From positions 8,680,001 to 8,744,000 of the forward strand of contig OZ059895.1 of assembly GCA_964057225.1 (NCBI GenBank): a stretch of DNA of 64,000 nucleotides, written 5' to 3'. The notes below the pieces were generated by a model. The model saw only the letters and a program-made list of their open reading frames with translations, was not told the origin of the DNA and searched no databases. Each line of letters starts with the position of its first letter. Position 1 is the stretch's first letter. Below, in pieces: positions 1 to 10,789 of the stretch. The translations under genes were made by a program, and so were the position numbers. The DNA comes from Auanema rhodensis (lineage: Eukaryota > Animalia > Nematoda).

Positions 1-3000
1 GGAAAGTTAATTTTATGGAACCTAGTGAATGAACAAATTATTTTCGATGTATGCACACTAAAACTTTATTTTACTTTTATTTTTATTTTTTTTAAATTTT
101 AGGTTTTTGAAGATAGCTTAACTGATATTGGCTTCTCTCTAAACGCATCTCATATTGCCGGTGTTTCTTCAGTTGATTCAAAGTAAATTTTACTAACTTC
201 ACATTCTTGCAATATCTTTCTATTTTAGACTTAAAATATTAAATTCGCGAACTGGTGCTGTAGTTAAATCAATATTGTTGCCTTTTAAGGAAAAAAGTTC
301 TATAAAAGTATGACGATTTAGTTAATAGAAATATTTATTTTCTTTAGGTTCTATTTGTTACCGATGCTCGAGCTCTCACTTTCGGGTGTTCTAAATCTTT
401 GAGAAGACAAATAATTGCGTATAGCGTATTTTTCTCACCTACACCTATTTTTGTTATTGATATTGATGATTATATTGGAGACTTCTATCCTACATTCGAT
501 TATGATCTTAAATTGTTATATATAGCTGGAAATGTAAGTTCATATGATGCTTTCAACTGGTTTATTAAAATACATTTAAGAACTACTCTACACTAAAATG
601 CTATGAGCTACTTGATAAACATCCATGGTTTCTGTTACTGCTTGATTTTCCTTTCGATTCTGCGTTTCAGAAGGTGACTCGAATGCCTAAAAGAGGCTTA
701 GAGCTCGAGAAATGTGAACACATGAGGCTTTACTTGTAAATATAGCATAAAAAACATATTAAAAACATTTATTTATTAAGGTCAAAAAATGAAGCTACAT
801 GTGTTGAGAACGTATCTTTTTATGTTCCAGTGGTAATATATCATGATATAGAAATGTAATAATCGTATTATTTGAAGAAACAAACTGGTAATCAGGACAT
901 CTATCCTCCAACTCTGGGTCCTACGCCTGCAACATCTTGTGCTGAATGGCTAGCTGGTTTGGATGCACAACCTATTTTATTGGAACTAAAACCAGGTACT
1001 ATCGTTCAATATTAATATACTGCATATTCCTTTTATTTAGGATTCCCTGTTGCTACCTCTAAGCCAGTTGAGCTGCGCGTATTACAAGGTGGTAAAAATT
1101 TAGTTACTTCGGATTTGAACAATGATAGAAAATTTCGTTTCCTATCTCAGGTTAGATACATATACTTTTTATTTTTTCATCCCATTTACTTTGTCATTAG
1201 GTTACCAAACCAGATTATCGTATAATTGATGAGCGGGAAGATTGTGAGCAGATTAGACTAATTGAACAAGTGAAGCAAAAACTTCTCTCATCAACGGAAA
1301 GGTATGTTTTTTGTGTCCTTGTTTTCAGTTTTCTAAACATTGTTCTTGTTTCTTTTTTCTCTCATATATATATATGTATGTATATATGTGAGAGAAATTT
1401 ATATTTATCGAAAGTACTACAGTGTTTTTACGGTTATAGATTTCGATCTTTTTTGTGTTTGAATGTCCTGTTTAATTTTCAGCTTTGATACGAATGAATT
1501 CGAAGTTGCCAAGGAAGTGCCAAGTATAATAGCTAACTCTGACTATCTTCCTGCTCCGCTAGAAAATTCATTAACCAGCAAATGTGAAGACGACAGTATT
1601 GATAAGAGCTGCACAATAGAGTTGGAAAATTCGACAACCCAAAACACTGACATTTGTCCCGACATCATTGATTTGAAAGAGTTCGAAGATGTGTCGGATG
1701 CAGACAGCATAAATTCCATCCACATCGATGAAGTTGTTGAATTAGACTGTAAACAATCCAAACAAGCTCCTATTGAAATCCCAGAAGATCTGGAGCCGGA
1801 TGGAATCTCCGACGATGAAGATAGGAATAGTCCTGTTGTCAAGCTGATATCTGAAACAGAAAGGTCAGACAACAATAAGTCCCCGGAGAATCCAGTTAAA
1901 TCAGCTAGCCCTTCTTTGCCCATGTTCTCAACAGCGAATATGCCAGTTGTGCCCGAAACTCGAGAAAAATCGATGAGCATAACTATACCAAATAATTCAA
2001 CTAGTACATTATTCACACCACCTCCTCAATTTGTGGAGCGTCTTCACATATCTTCCTCTCCAAAATCTGAAGATCATGATAACAATAGCTCTTTTGGAAG
2101 TTCAGTTGTATCAGAATGCCGACTTGAGTCTATGAGGTATTTCCTTTTCTGTAATTTTTTTCTGACAAAAAAACTAAAATGTAGTTCATCGTTATCAACT
2201 TCGCGCCGAAGACCTGTAGATGAGCCTATAGATGTAGAAACGAATCCATTTAAGTCATGTTTCGAAGATTCTATAACATTGTGAGTTTATTGTATTGGAA
2301 CATTTTTACTTCATATCTTTCGTAGAACGGAAACTGTTATAAGCACTGATGAAAATATAAGATCTGTCTATAAGAATATACGAGCATCATCTTCTGAAGA
2401 AGAAAATGGAAATGATAGAAAACTGTCTCTAACGTTAGTAATTTTAATTAGCTCATTCACTAAACTCTTGATATAGGAGTGACACATCTAACTCTTACTC
2501 AACTGATGGTCAACGATTGCTGGAAAATGCGATTAACCTACTTGAAACTCATCTTAGTCGATCAGACAATAAAGTTAGGCAATTGGAACGGATTTGCGAG
2601 CTTCAACAGGTATGTCGAATGTTTTGTAAATATGATCTACGGATTGGTGTCCCTTCTTTGGTAAGGTACGGAAAAGTAGTTCAACACTTATTTTCTTGAC
2701 TTTACGAGGTACTCATGCGTTCGATTGTGTATGTTTGCCTTTTTGAAGAAACGAAGTTTCATGAAATACGAAAGAATGATGATGTTTGATGAATGTACAC
2801 GGTCCCCAAGTGAATTGTCGTAGTGGTTCCACTTTAGAAGTGCTCTTCGTATTGTCTACCTCAGATGATAGGAGGGCGACAATGTTGGCGACCTGAGTAA
2901 CATATAAACGTCGTCTTTAACGACGTTGAGGGCTTGAGTCTTGAAAGAGAGATAGAAATATTGGTTATGAAGAGATATGAAGAATTGTCAATGAACATGT

Positions 3001-5581
3001 TCAACTTGTATTCTCAAATATTTGTTTTTGGACAAAGAAAGAGTAAATTGGTTATGATAGCGTTTTGTATTTGTGTCCATATATCCCATAGTTGAATGGA
3101 AGTAAAATGAAAATTTGCAGTATTCTTTTTTTCTGAATGACCTCAGTTTTTCGTCATTTGTGAAATTGTGTATAAAATTTTCCAATTGAAACTACGATTC
3201 ACTAAAAAAATCTCCAACTTTCACAATGAACGACCGATTATAGCTATAAATCCAAATAAGTATGCTGCTTACTCTTTTTTTATTTGTATACAGCAACAGT
3301 AAGATCCACATAATAAACAATATTCTGAACAGGATAACAACTCATTTGTTGCAAACGTGAGTAAAAAGTATTTTGTGTATTCAAATTTTGGAATTGCAAA
3401 ATACCCTTAATAATTTCAGTTTTGCTGAATAAAATATTGCTTTTCTGTGTTCAGAATTTGATCACGCCCCGAGAGAGTGTTGTATCGTGTCTTTTCAACA
3501 GTTCTCATTTTCATCAAAGAATTTGGAATACATAGAAGAGAGCAACTTCCCATTGAGCAATGTGGACAAGAAACGGTGCGAATAGTCCCTCTATGCCTGT
3601 TCTTAAATCTTTCACAGTCTCTCAATACCTCGCATATTGTTTGCCTTCTTGTTGAGCAGATTGGAGTCCACCTAAACAGCATGACAAATAAAACGTGTAA
3701 GGTGGGCGTTTGAAGAGCCAAGTAGCAGAGAGCTGTACCAATTCTGCATATCTTTTCTTCATTATGTGAAAAGTATCTTATCATAGATGCATATTGATGG
3801 CCGAATAATTTCGTGGAAGTGCTCGGCAAACGTTAGAAAGTCTTAAAATATTCAAAAGCCGCTTATCCGTTCCCTGCTTGGCTTATTCTCCCTGTAATAT
3901 CATTCAGTATTTTCATGACAATCATAATTAGAGTGTATTATCTGGAAGCCACATTCGAAATCATATCTCGGCTATATCCAGAGCTTCAATATATTCTCAA
4001 AGACTTCTCCGTTATTCCCCTCATTCCATTTTTGGCTACGACGGATACATATGCTAAGCGATTAGTTCCGCTTTGAGGCTTCATATTGCTCTGCTATCAG
4101 TTGTCTTGGCAACATAATCGCTTCATGGGTGTTCAATCTTCCACACAACTACAAATGGTGTTCTATTAGATCAATATAAAAGAAATAAAGAAGTGTAAAT
4201 CACGTTCAAAAGATTCTAATAGATTTACAACAATCAAGATGCAACTGGCCAATTTTCGGGATTTATACACCGGAAAGGTCATCTCTATTGGAAATATTTA
4301 AGCCTTTAATTACCATTCGAAACATCGGATTCAATCAAAGAAATAAGAGACTGTCCAGTGGTACAAATATGAATAGTTTACTTTATTTACGGACGAAAGT
4401 ATATTTTCCAACTCCTTTGACTCCTCGTGGCCTTAATAGAACAATGCTTATCCGTTTATTTGCAAAACCCTACTTCACGTAGGATTTTTGCTATAGATTT
4501 GCTTTAGTGTTACATCAAGGTCGCTCTAGACTTGATCAGTTCTTACTTGACGTTAACATAAAGTTCAAAGGATATTGTTGGAACCCCCACCCATCTTTCG
4601 CTTTGTTAGTTTGGAAATTTATTGTTAGCATGGCTATTCTTGGGAATTTATGGCGCACCCTTGTTAAGTGAATTGCGTGCCCTCACTGGTATGACGCGAA
4701 GAACCTGATGACAGTTCTGGATGATGAATGATATGGAGATGTCTGTATTTCCGTGCCTGTCTGATCGTCCCTCTTCTACCTTTCCGCGTTTTATTCTCAT
4801 TTTCTATTGTAAACCTTCGAAGGTCTCTTGCACGCATCTTGTTATGCGTTTGCCATCATAATTGACGTTTTTTTCCTGTCCTTCTGAATTACATTCGTTG
4901 GACTATCATACGAACGATGGCGACCACGGGTTTCATTTGCGTTTCTTTTTTCCTTTTTCAAACATCTTTTTTCGATGCGCAGGCTTTTGAACATAAAAAG
5001 TATCTGGAAATATAGAAAATCACCGCAATTTTCTGTGTAATGACTAAATCTTTTGTGTACTGGGGAAAGTTTTCATAATATTTACGAGGCTATGAGCATT
5101 TTCAATTCTTCCCTTCTTTAACTGTCACTTCTATTCATGCATCCAATCTAATAATGAGATATGTGTAGGCAGAGAACTGGTCAGATTTAGTTCAACGCTG
5201 TAGCTGTTTTGTGTGCGATAAAAGCGGGAAATAGTGAAATCGAAGCAGGATTAAGTTACAACTGATTGAGATGATTGTGAAAGAGAACATTTTGTTACGA
5301 GAGGCCATAGCTCTGGTATTATACCGTTTATCTTAACAACGAATAAACATTACTTAGTTGATGGGCAAAAAATATGTGATTACATTGACTTGATGAGAAA
5401 GTCATAAATTAAGCCAACAATATATCTCGTTTTACAGAAAGACATCGATAGCTTACGATATGAGATTGAGTGGAAAGACAAGAGGATCGAGTTCCTCCAG
5501 AAGGCACTTGTGGATATGGAATCTCGTTGCTCAGGCTCAGCTTCTCCTAATGGTAGCAAAGAAGGACTTACAGATGAATAA
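1..5581 (+). CDS. Divergent coronin-family protein (WD40 propeller + C-terminal extension, long acidic/Ser-rich linker, C-terminal coiled coil); 5' truncated, multi-exon
   Basis: Spliced peptides GKLILWNL, FYPTFDYDLKLLYIAG, MPKRGLELEKCEHMRLY, QDIYPPTLGPTPATSCAEWLAGLDAQPILLELKP are typical coronin motifs. Exon ending ELQQ at 2609 joins in phase to KDIDSLRYEIEWKDKRIEFLQ (5438-5581, TAA) across a 2.8 kb intron. Confidence 0.8.
4585..4930. mobile_element. Possible highly decayed LTR (Ty3/gypsy-like) remnant in the large coronin intron
   Basis: Minus-strand TSEGTQFT (4690-4667) and PN*QSERWV (4614-4588) loosely resemble integrase SDNGTQFT / PQSNGQAER with a stop and a frameshift. PBS-like TGGCGACCACG at 4918-4928 is on the opposite strand. 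No LTRs found. Confidence 0.2.
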
Positions 5582-6314
5582 AACATGCCTATATAATCTC
5601 CATCAGATAGTATTAACTATATGATTCCTATGATCACTTAATTATAATTAAATTCCTATTTAAGTTCAATGTTCTCATTTTCATCCCAAACATTCCGCTT
5701 TTAATCCATGACTGTTTTAAAATCCATCTAGTCAAGTAATATGCGTGATACAATCTGTTCTCAACGCTCCTATTGTATATTGCCATTTGTTTATAATTTT
5801 TTGCCCCTTCTATAACTCCCTTTTATTTTCTATTGCTTATCAACAATTGAAATATAGCTGCTAAATCTAGTTAGAGTACGTAAACGCATTGCTTTCAATA
5901 CTGACCATCATTATCCTTTTGATTTTCAATTCTTGAGGTGTCAATCATATTCACCTGCCAAATTTTCAATTTCATACCAAATTCCAATAAATAGTTTGAA
6001 CATTACGATTCCAGGCATTGTAGAATAAATTTAACTAGTGAGTCAGTCAAGGTCTACTCGCAATATGCACTTAGTGGCCTGCTTCCTGATCAGAATTTTA
6101 TACTTTTTCTCAAAATTGAGTGTTCGTTTCATGACATAAACAACAATCACAAGCAATCTCATATAAACCTTAAGACAAGATAAAAAAAACTTTTCAGCGA
6201 TCGCCCTTTTTACAGAGATTCTTAGTTATTGTGTTTAGATGTGTTTTCAAACTTTTCATTCATACAACTCATGCCCCTCTTCTCACACATTAGGACGATA
6301 TCCTATTTTTCTAG

Positions 6315-6535
6315 TTCCTGGCCTTACAGAAAACCGACTAGTGAGGTCGGTGTGCCCTCATGCGCATTATTCCTATTAATAGCGGCCGGGGTCACCATCA
6401 TTGCGAATCTCGAGAATAACCTTGGAGTATTGAAGTGCACGGGGCAGGAGCCTCCGTAAATCGCACAAATAGCCATGGTAACCGTTAATATGACGGATTA
6501 TTCTTCGTCATCCATAAAGGTTTCGATAGTGCACA
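6315..6535 (+). ncRNA. Candidate structured RNA element (family unknown)
   Basis: GC-rich island with nested stems TCCTGGCC/GGCCGGGG, ACCGACT/GGTCGGT, TGTGC/GCGCA, GTGCAC/GTGCAC, ATGACGGA/TTCGTCAT. The non-Watson-Crick pairs noted are G-U on the + strand. Confidence 0.3.
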
Positions 6536-6838
6536 ACATTATCAAAATAAACGTAGCTTTATCAAGATAATACAGACACTAATACCTTTCTAATCTGTTT
6601 TAGTTTAGAGCAAAATGTTATGTAGCTGATATTTTCTATATTTCTTAAGAATATTTCCTAGATAACCGTTCTCTGCATAAGCACCTCCGCAAAATAAAAC
6701 TACTTGTTATACCTTAAGTAGTACCTGCTGTTGTATCTATACTATACTGTGAAAATACTCAACTAACTTTAGAATATCGTGTGTGGCGTGCATGTACACG
6801 TGACAACAGAGACAAACAGGGAAGGCTGATCACAGTCT

Positions 6839-6902
6839 TATATATAAATATATATATATGTGTGTATATGTATAAATGTATATATATATACATATATATA
6901 TG
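6839..6902. repeat. Imperfect (AT)n/(GT)n microsatellite
   Basis: Directly visible. Confidence 0.85.
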
Positions 6903-8512
6903 TTAAAACAAAATTATTGCAATCTATAACAACTGTACAACTAAAAATCACGGATAAAAAACATGAGGATAGACCAAGGTAACGAGTTGAATTCTACATA
7001 TTTAAAAAAAAACTCGGAACATAGGACGACCCTTATGAAATGGATATAAGAAGAGATAAAAATGCCCGTAATAAAAAATTGGGGAATGCTTAATTTTGCA
7101 ACAAGTGAGTTTAATATAGGGAATTATGAAACAAATGAGAGATGAAATGTACAATCGTGAAAAGACTGCTTTGTGGGTTTGGTCACTGAGCCATAAATGG
7201 AAATATAAAAATATATAACAAACTCCATATTACACATAGAATCAGTGCCAGATCACAGATGTATAGGTTCACGAACCGCGTTAGTTAGACAAGTATTATA
7301 AAGAGGGTAGAAAATGCTTTGAAAAATCGAAATGCAACGAAGGGTATCATTATTATGAATAAAAATATGATGCGATCGTATGGGCAAAGAAAAGAATCAT
7401 ATTCGAGATCGTATAGCGCTCATGTGATAAAGCTCAATCAGCCGCATACACGGTATTACGAGGTAATAAAGGTAGAAAGGTTAATAATTAGCAAAGTTCA
7501 ACGTTGGTTATTACAAGAAACTATGTCTGATTGATAGAGTAAAAAAACAATAAAATAAAATAAAGTGGGGGATGATGAGTGAACATGGTGACAAATTAGA
7601 AATATGGGAACATAAACCACTACATGGGACGAGAACAAATGGATTGCATCTAGAGGGATAGGACAGTATTATCTATTCAACATGAACACTAACAGTAACA
7701 AACCTTCTCCGGAAGGTAAAGAGAGCGACGGAAAGAGGTAATGAAGGAAGAAAAATGGTGCTGTTGCTGGTGAAGAGCCCGGGAGCACGTTCGAATTCTA
7801 TGGCTCACCACGGGCAGGTGCTCTTGATGGGACAGTTGGTGTAGACTGGGAGAACAGTGATCTGCAATCGTCAACATTCAGTCAGAATAACAGAAATATA
7901 GACAGAACAAAAAGTAAGAAAAATAGTTCCGAATCGTCAAACGATTAAGAATAATGCCTAATTTGAAACTCGAAAGTTATGCGCAAGAAGCCATCAAAAG
8001 CGGTGGTTCAAATTTCCTTAAACTCTCACCTGACTGGTTATGCACCAAACCAAGCCTTGCTATTAGTAGCAGACTTTGCCTTAAAAGGCGAAGCTGCCAG
8101 AACAGGAATTTCTGGTCAGTGAGCCGGCAAAAGAGGCATTACTCAACAAGTGAGAAGTAGACAGAAATAGTACTATAGCAGGTGAGGGTAATTTCGGAAG
8201 TCGAATCCCCAATTATTGACGTGCGAAGGCCAAGCAATCATTCCACTGTTTATTCAAATGGGAACAGAGGTCTGTTACTGTCCTTTATTATGAAACAGCA
8301 CAGCAGATCGCAGTAACTAATCGGTATTTCAAGCTGATCAGGCTGTTTTGCATGCGGATTTACATTCTTGAAACATAAAAGAAAGCAGCTACTGTTTTTG
8401 AACATAGAAGTGCAAGCCAACAAAAATCTAAGCAACGTGAAAAAAGATGCTTACCTTAAGGTTTTATAGGATGATGTTCCTCCATATAGTAATTATGCGG
8501 GAAAATGTACAT

Positions 8513-9403
8513 TTATCCATTAACATCAGCCATCTTATTTCGTGCATATTCAATGCGGAGACCGCCACGATCTGCTGACGAAACTTGGAATCCCTGGAGA
8601 CTTAGCATCGCATGAGAAGCATGCCGTAGATCGGAATATTCGACGAAAGCCACACTAGATCCATTTTTCGAATGCATTCTCAAACGAGTGAATCCGGGAA
8701 ATGCTTTGAAAACAGTCCTTAGTTCATCTTCAGATACATTTGAAGCCAAGTTTGCAACAAACAGCGTTGAACAGGCAGGTGTCGTGGAACTTTGAGCGGC
8801 AGCCACAGCAGCAGCATACAAATTGGGTTGTGTAGCAGCTAGTTGGACTGTAGGAGGAAGATATGCCTGCAGAGCTTGGACGGCCTGGGCTTGTGAAGCA
8901 AATTGAGAAATAGCTAATAGCTGCTGCTGATCTAGTAGAAGTTGATGATTAGGGTCCAATACTAATTCTGGTTGGAGAGGGGCTAGGAACTGTGGGAGAG
9001 TTTGTAAAGGAGCTGCAGCTGTCGGGGTGAGTGGTGGTGGCGACTGTTTAGGTCGTGATACTTTGGTGTTCGACTTAGCCAACTCGAGTCTGAGCTGTTG
9101 TGCACAATCTGGGTCGAACCTAACTCCTTGTAGATGTTTTCTGGCTTCATCGGCATCCTGACGAGTAGTGAAGGTGACAAACCCAACTGGACTTGTTGGC
9201 TTGCCTCCTTTCGCCGTCATCTTGAGCAAAGAGGATTCATATCCACGGTAAGCACGAAATAAAAGATACAACTCTCGTGGTTTAGCATCCATTGGCAAAC
9301 CAGACACAAATAGTGTTCGAACGTTATTGTTATGTGCAGTCTCAGTGCTCACACTGTTAATAGATTCCATAGAAATGGCATTCACCAGCTTGCCTGAGTC
9401 CAT
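8513..9403 (-). CDS. mec-8: MEC-8 / RBPMS / couch potato family two-RRM splicing regulator; intronless CDS, 296 aa
   Basis: RRM1 [23 protein letters not shown], Ala/Gln-rich linker, RRM2 CSTLFVANL...[17 protein letters not shown] match C. elegans MEC-8 as recalled. Confidence 0.97.
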   Translation of the reverse strand: MDSGKLVNAISMESINSVSTETAHNNNVRTLFVSGLPMDAKPRELYLLFRAYRGYESSLLKMTAKGGKPTSPVGFVTFTTRQDADEARKHLQGVRFDPDCAQQLRLELAKSNTKVSRPKQSPPPLTPTAAAPLQTLPQFLAPLQPELVLDPNHQLLLDQQQLLAISQFASQAQAVQALQAYLPPTVQLAATQPNLYAAAVAAAQSSTTPACSTLFVANLASNVSEDELRTVFKAFPGFTRLRMHSKNGSSVAFVEYSDLRHASHAMLSLQGFQVSSADRGGLRIEYARNKMADVNG

Positions 9404-9629
9404 GACGTCGGCAGTACTGATACAGAAGATTAATAATCACAGTAAGAAAAAAAGAATATCACAGCAAATAAGAATATATCTAGTAGAATGGAATCAGAAC
9501 AGCTTCCAAGAAGAAAGGACAGAACAATACTAATAAAAAATACTGGCCAGACCGTATATAAGGTTAGGACGCAAGAAATGTCCTATAAGAATAGCGTTGC
9601 GTTAGGATAGTCGCTCAAGTCAGAAATGA

Positions 9630-9845
9630 ATCTTGCGCGTCGTCGTCGAGAAGATGAAGTTTTCGTGTAGTTGTGGCGGTGACAACGGTGGTAGTCGAGG
9701 GCCTGCGCGTAAATCTGTCGTCCTCGTCGTCGTTCGTCTACTCTATGGCTGTACGGATAGACGAGAGGACGTACGCGTCGCGTGACCGACGCGACGCGCA
9801 CATACCACGCCCCCTGACGACAGAGCGCGTTACCGCGGTAACAAC
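9630..9845. promoter_or_regulatory. CpG-rich, inverted-repeat-containing upstream region of mec-8
   Basis: Dense CGTCG/CGCG runs; perfect 10-bp IR CGCGTCGCGT (9774-9783) / ACGCGACGCG (9789-9798); 230-440 nt upstream of the mec-8 ATG. Confidence 0.45.
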
Positions 9846-10767
9846 GTCTAATACCCTCTCAAAAGGGTACACTCTTTTCAAAGCTGTTCCACCTCCACTT
9901 CGTCGATCACCAACGTCAAGACCAGCACACCTTCACACACGCAGCTATTGCTGCTGGTAGCCTTATATGGTGTCTCCCTACATCTCTCTCGTTTGGGGTG
10001 TGAGCGAATATATGAACGACAGGACTCGGAAAATATAATCGGCACCTCCGGATAGGTGACCCAGTATGGGACACATCAAATGCTAGAATAAGACAGTGCT
10101 AAAAGACTAGCTGCTTCATTTAATTTCCAAAGGAACTTATTCCATAAATGCAATGAGATCAAATTTTTCCATTCGAACTTTCTATAGTAAGTGCCGCCCA
10201 TTGAAGGGCAACATGATGGCAATCATCCAAGGTGGGACAGATATTTTCAAAAACCAGTTGATAATGGCTGACTTCAAAAATGTTCCTTCGAACTAGAAAA
10301 CAATTCTAATACCCCAACTTTTGCTTATTTTTTGTATAATATATATGAATGAGATAAAAGGGAGCAAAGTTTTTTCGATAATTGCAATGTGGGACTTAAT
10401 ACCATTTCCAATAAGGGCACGTTTGTTCAAATCGCAGCAAAAGAGTGATGAGATGAAATAATTAAGCCTAACTATGTCGTGGTAAATTCAAAGGACACCT
10501 CTATATCTCTAAATGCTTTGGAGCCCAAAAACTATTGTCCGAACGTAAATTGAAAGATGAAAAGGCGGCGGTTACCTTATGCTCTAGGTTCCCTGCGGGT
10601 CTTAATAGCGAATGAGCCTCAGAGGTAAGTATAAACGTTGGGGGATTTATTCACTTCATATATGCAACATGCTCCTCTGGTTACATTTCCTCTGGGATTC
10701 ACACATTCGACTTCTTCTTTCTTTCTGGGAGCAAACGAAAAACAATTAACGGTTTTAGTGCTTCATA

Positions 10768-10789
10768 ATATATATATATATATATATAT
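10768..10789. repeat. (AT)n microsatellite
   Basis: Directly visible. Confidence 0.9.

Noticed and set aside
1543-2016. 157-aa minus-strand ORF
   Set aside because: Antisense shadow of the large coronin exon.
9583-9960. Overlapping ORFs 9583-9801 and 9673-9960
   Set aside because: Explained by a GC-rich, low-complexity regulatory region; no homology or splice support.
10463-10471. TAAGCCTAA, 1.5 copies of the TTAGGC complement (telomerase-template-like)
   Set aside because: A 9-mer like this is expected by chance in 64 kb; no supporting structure seen. The structured rskn-2 intron has no such template.
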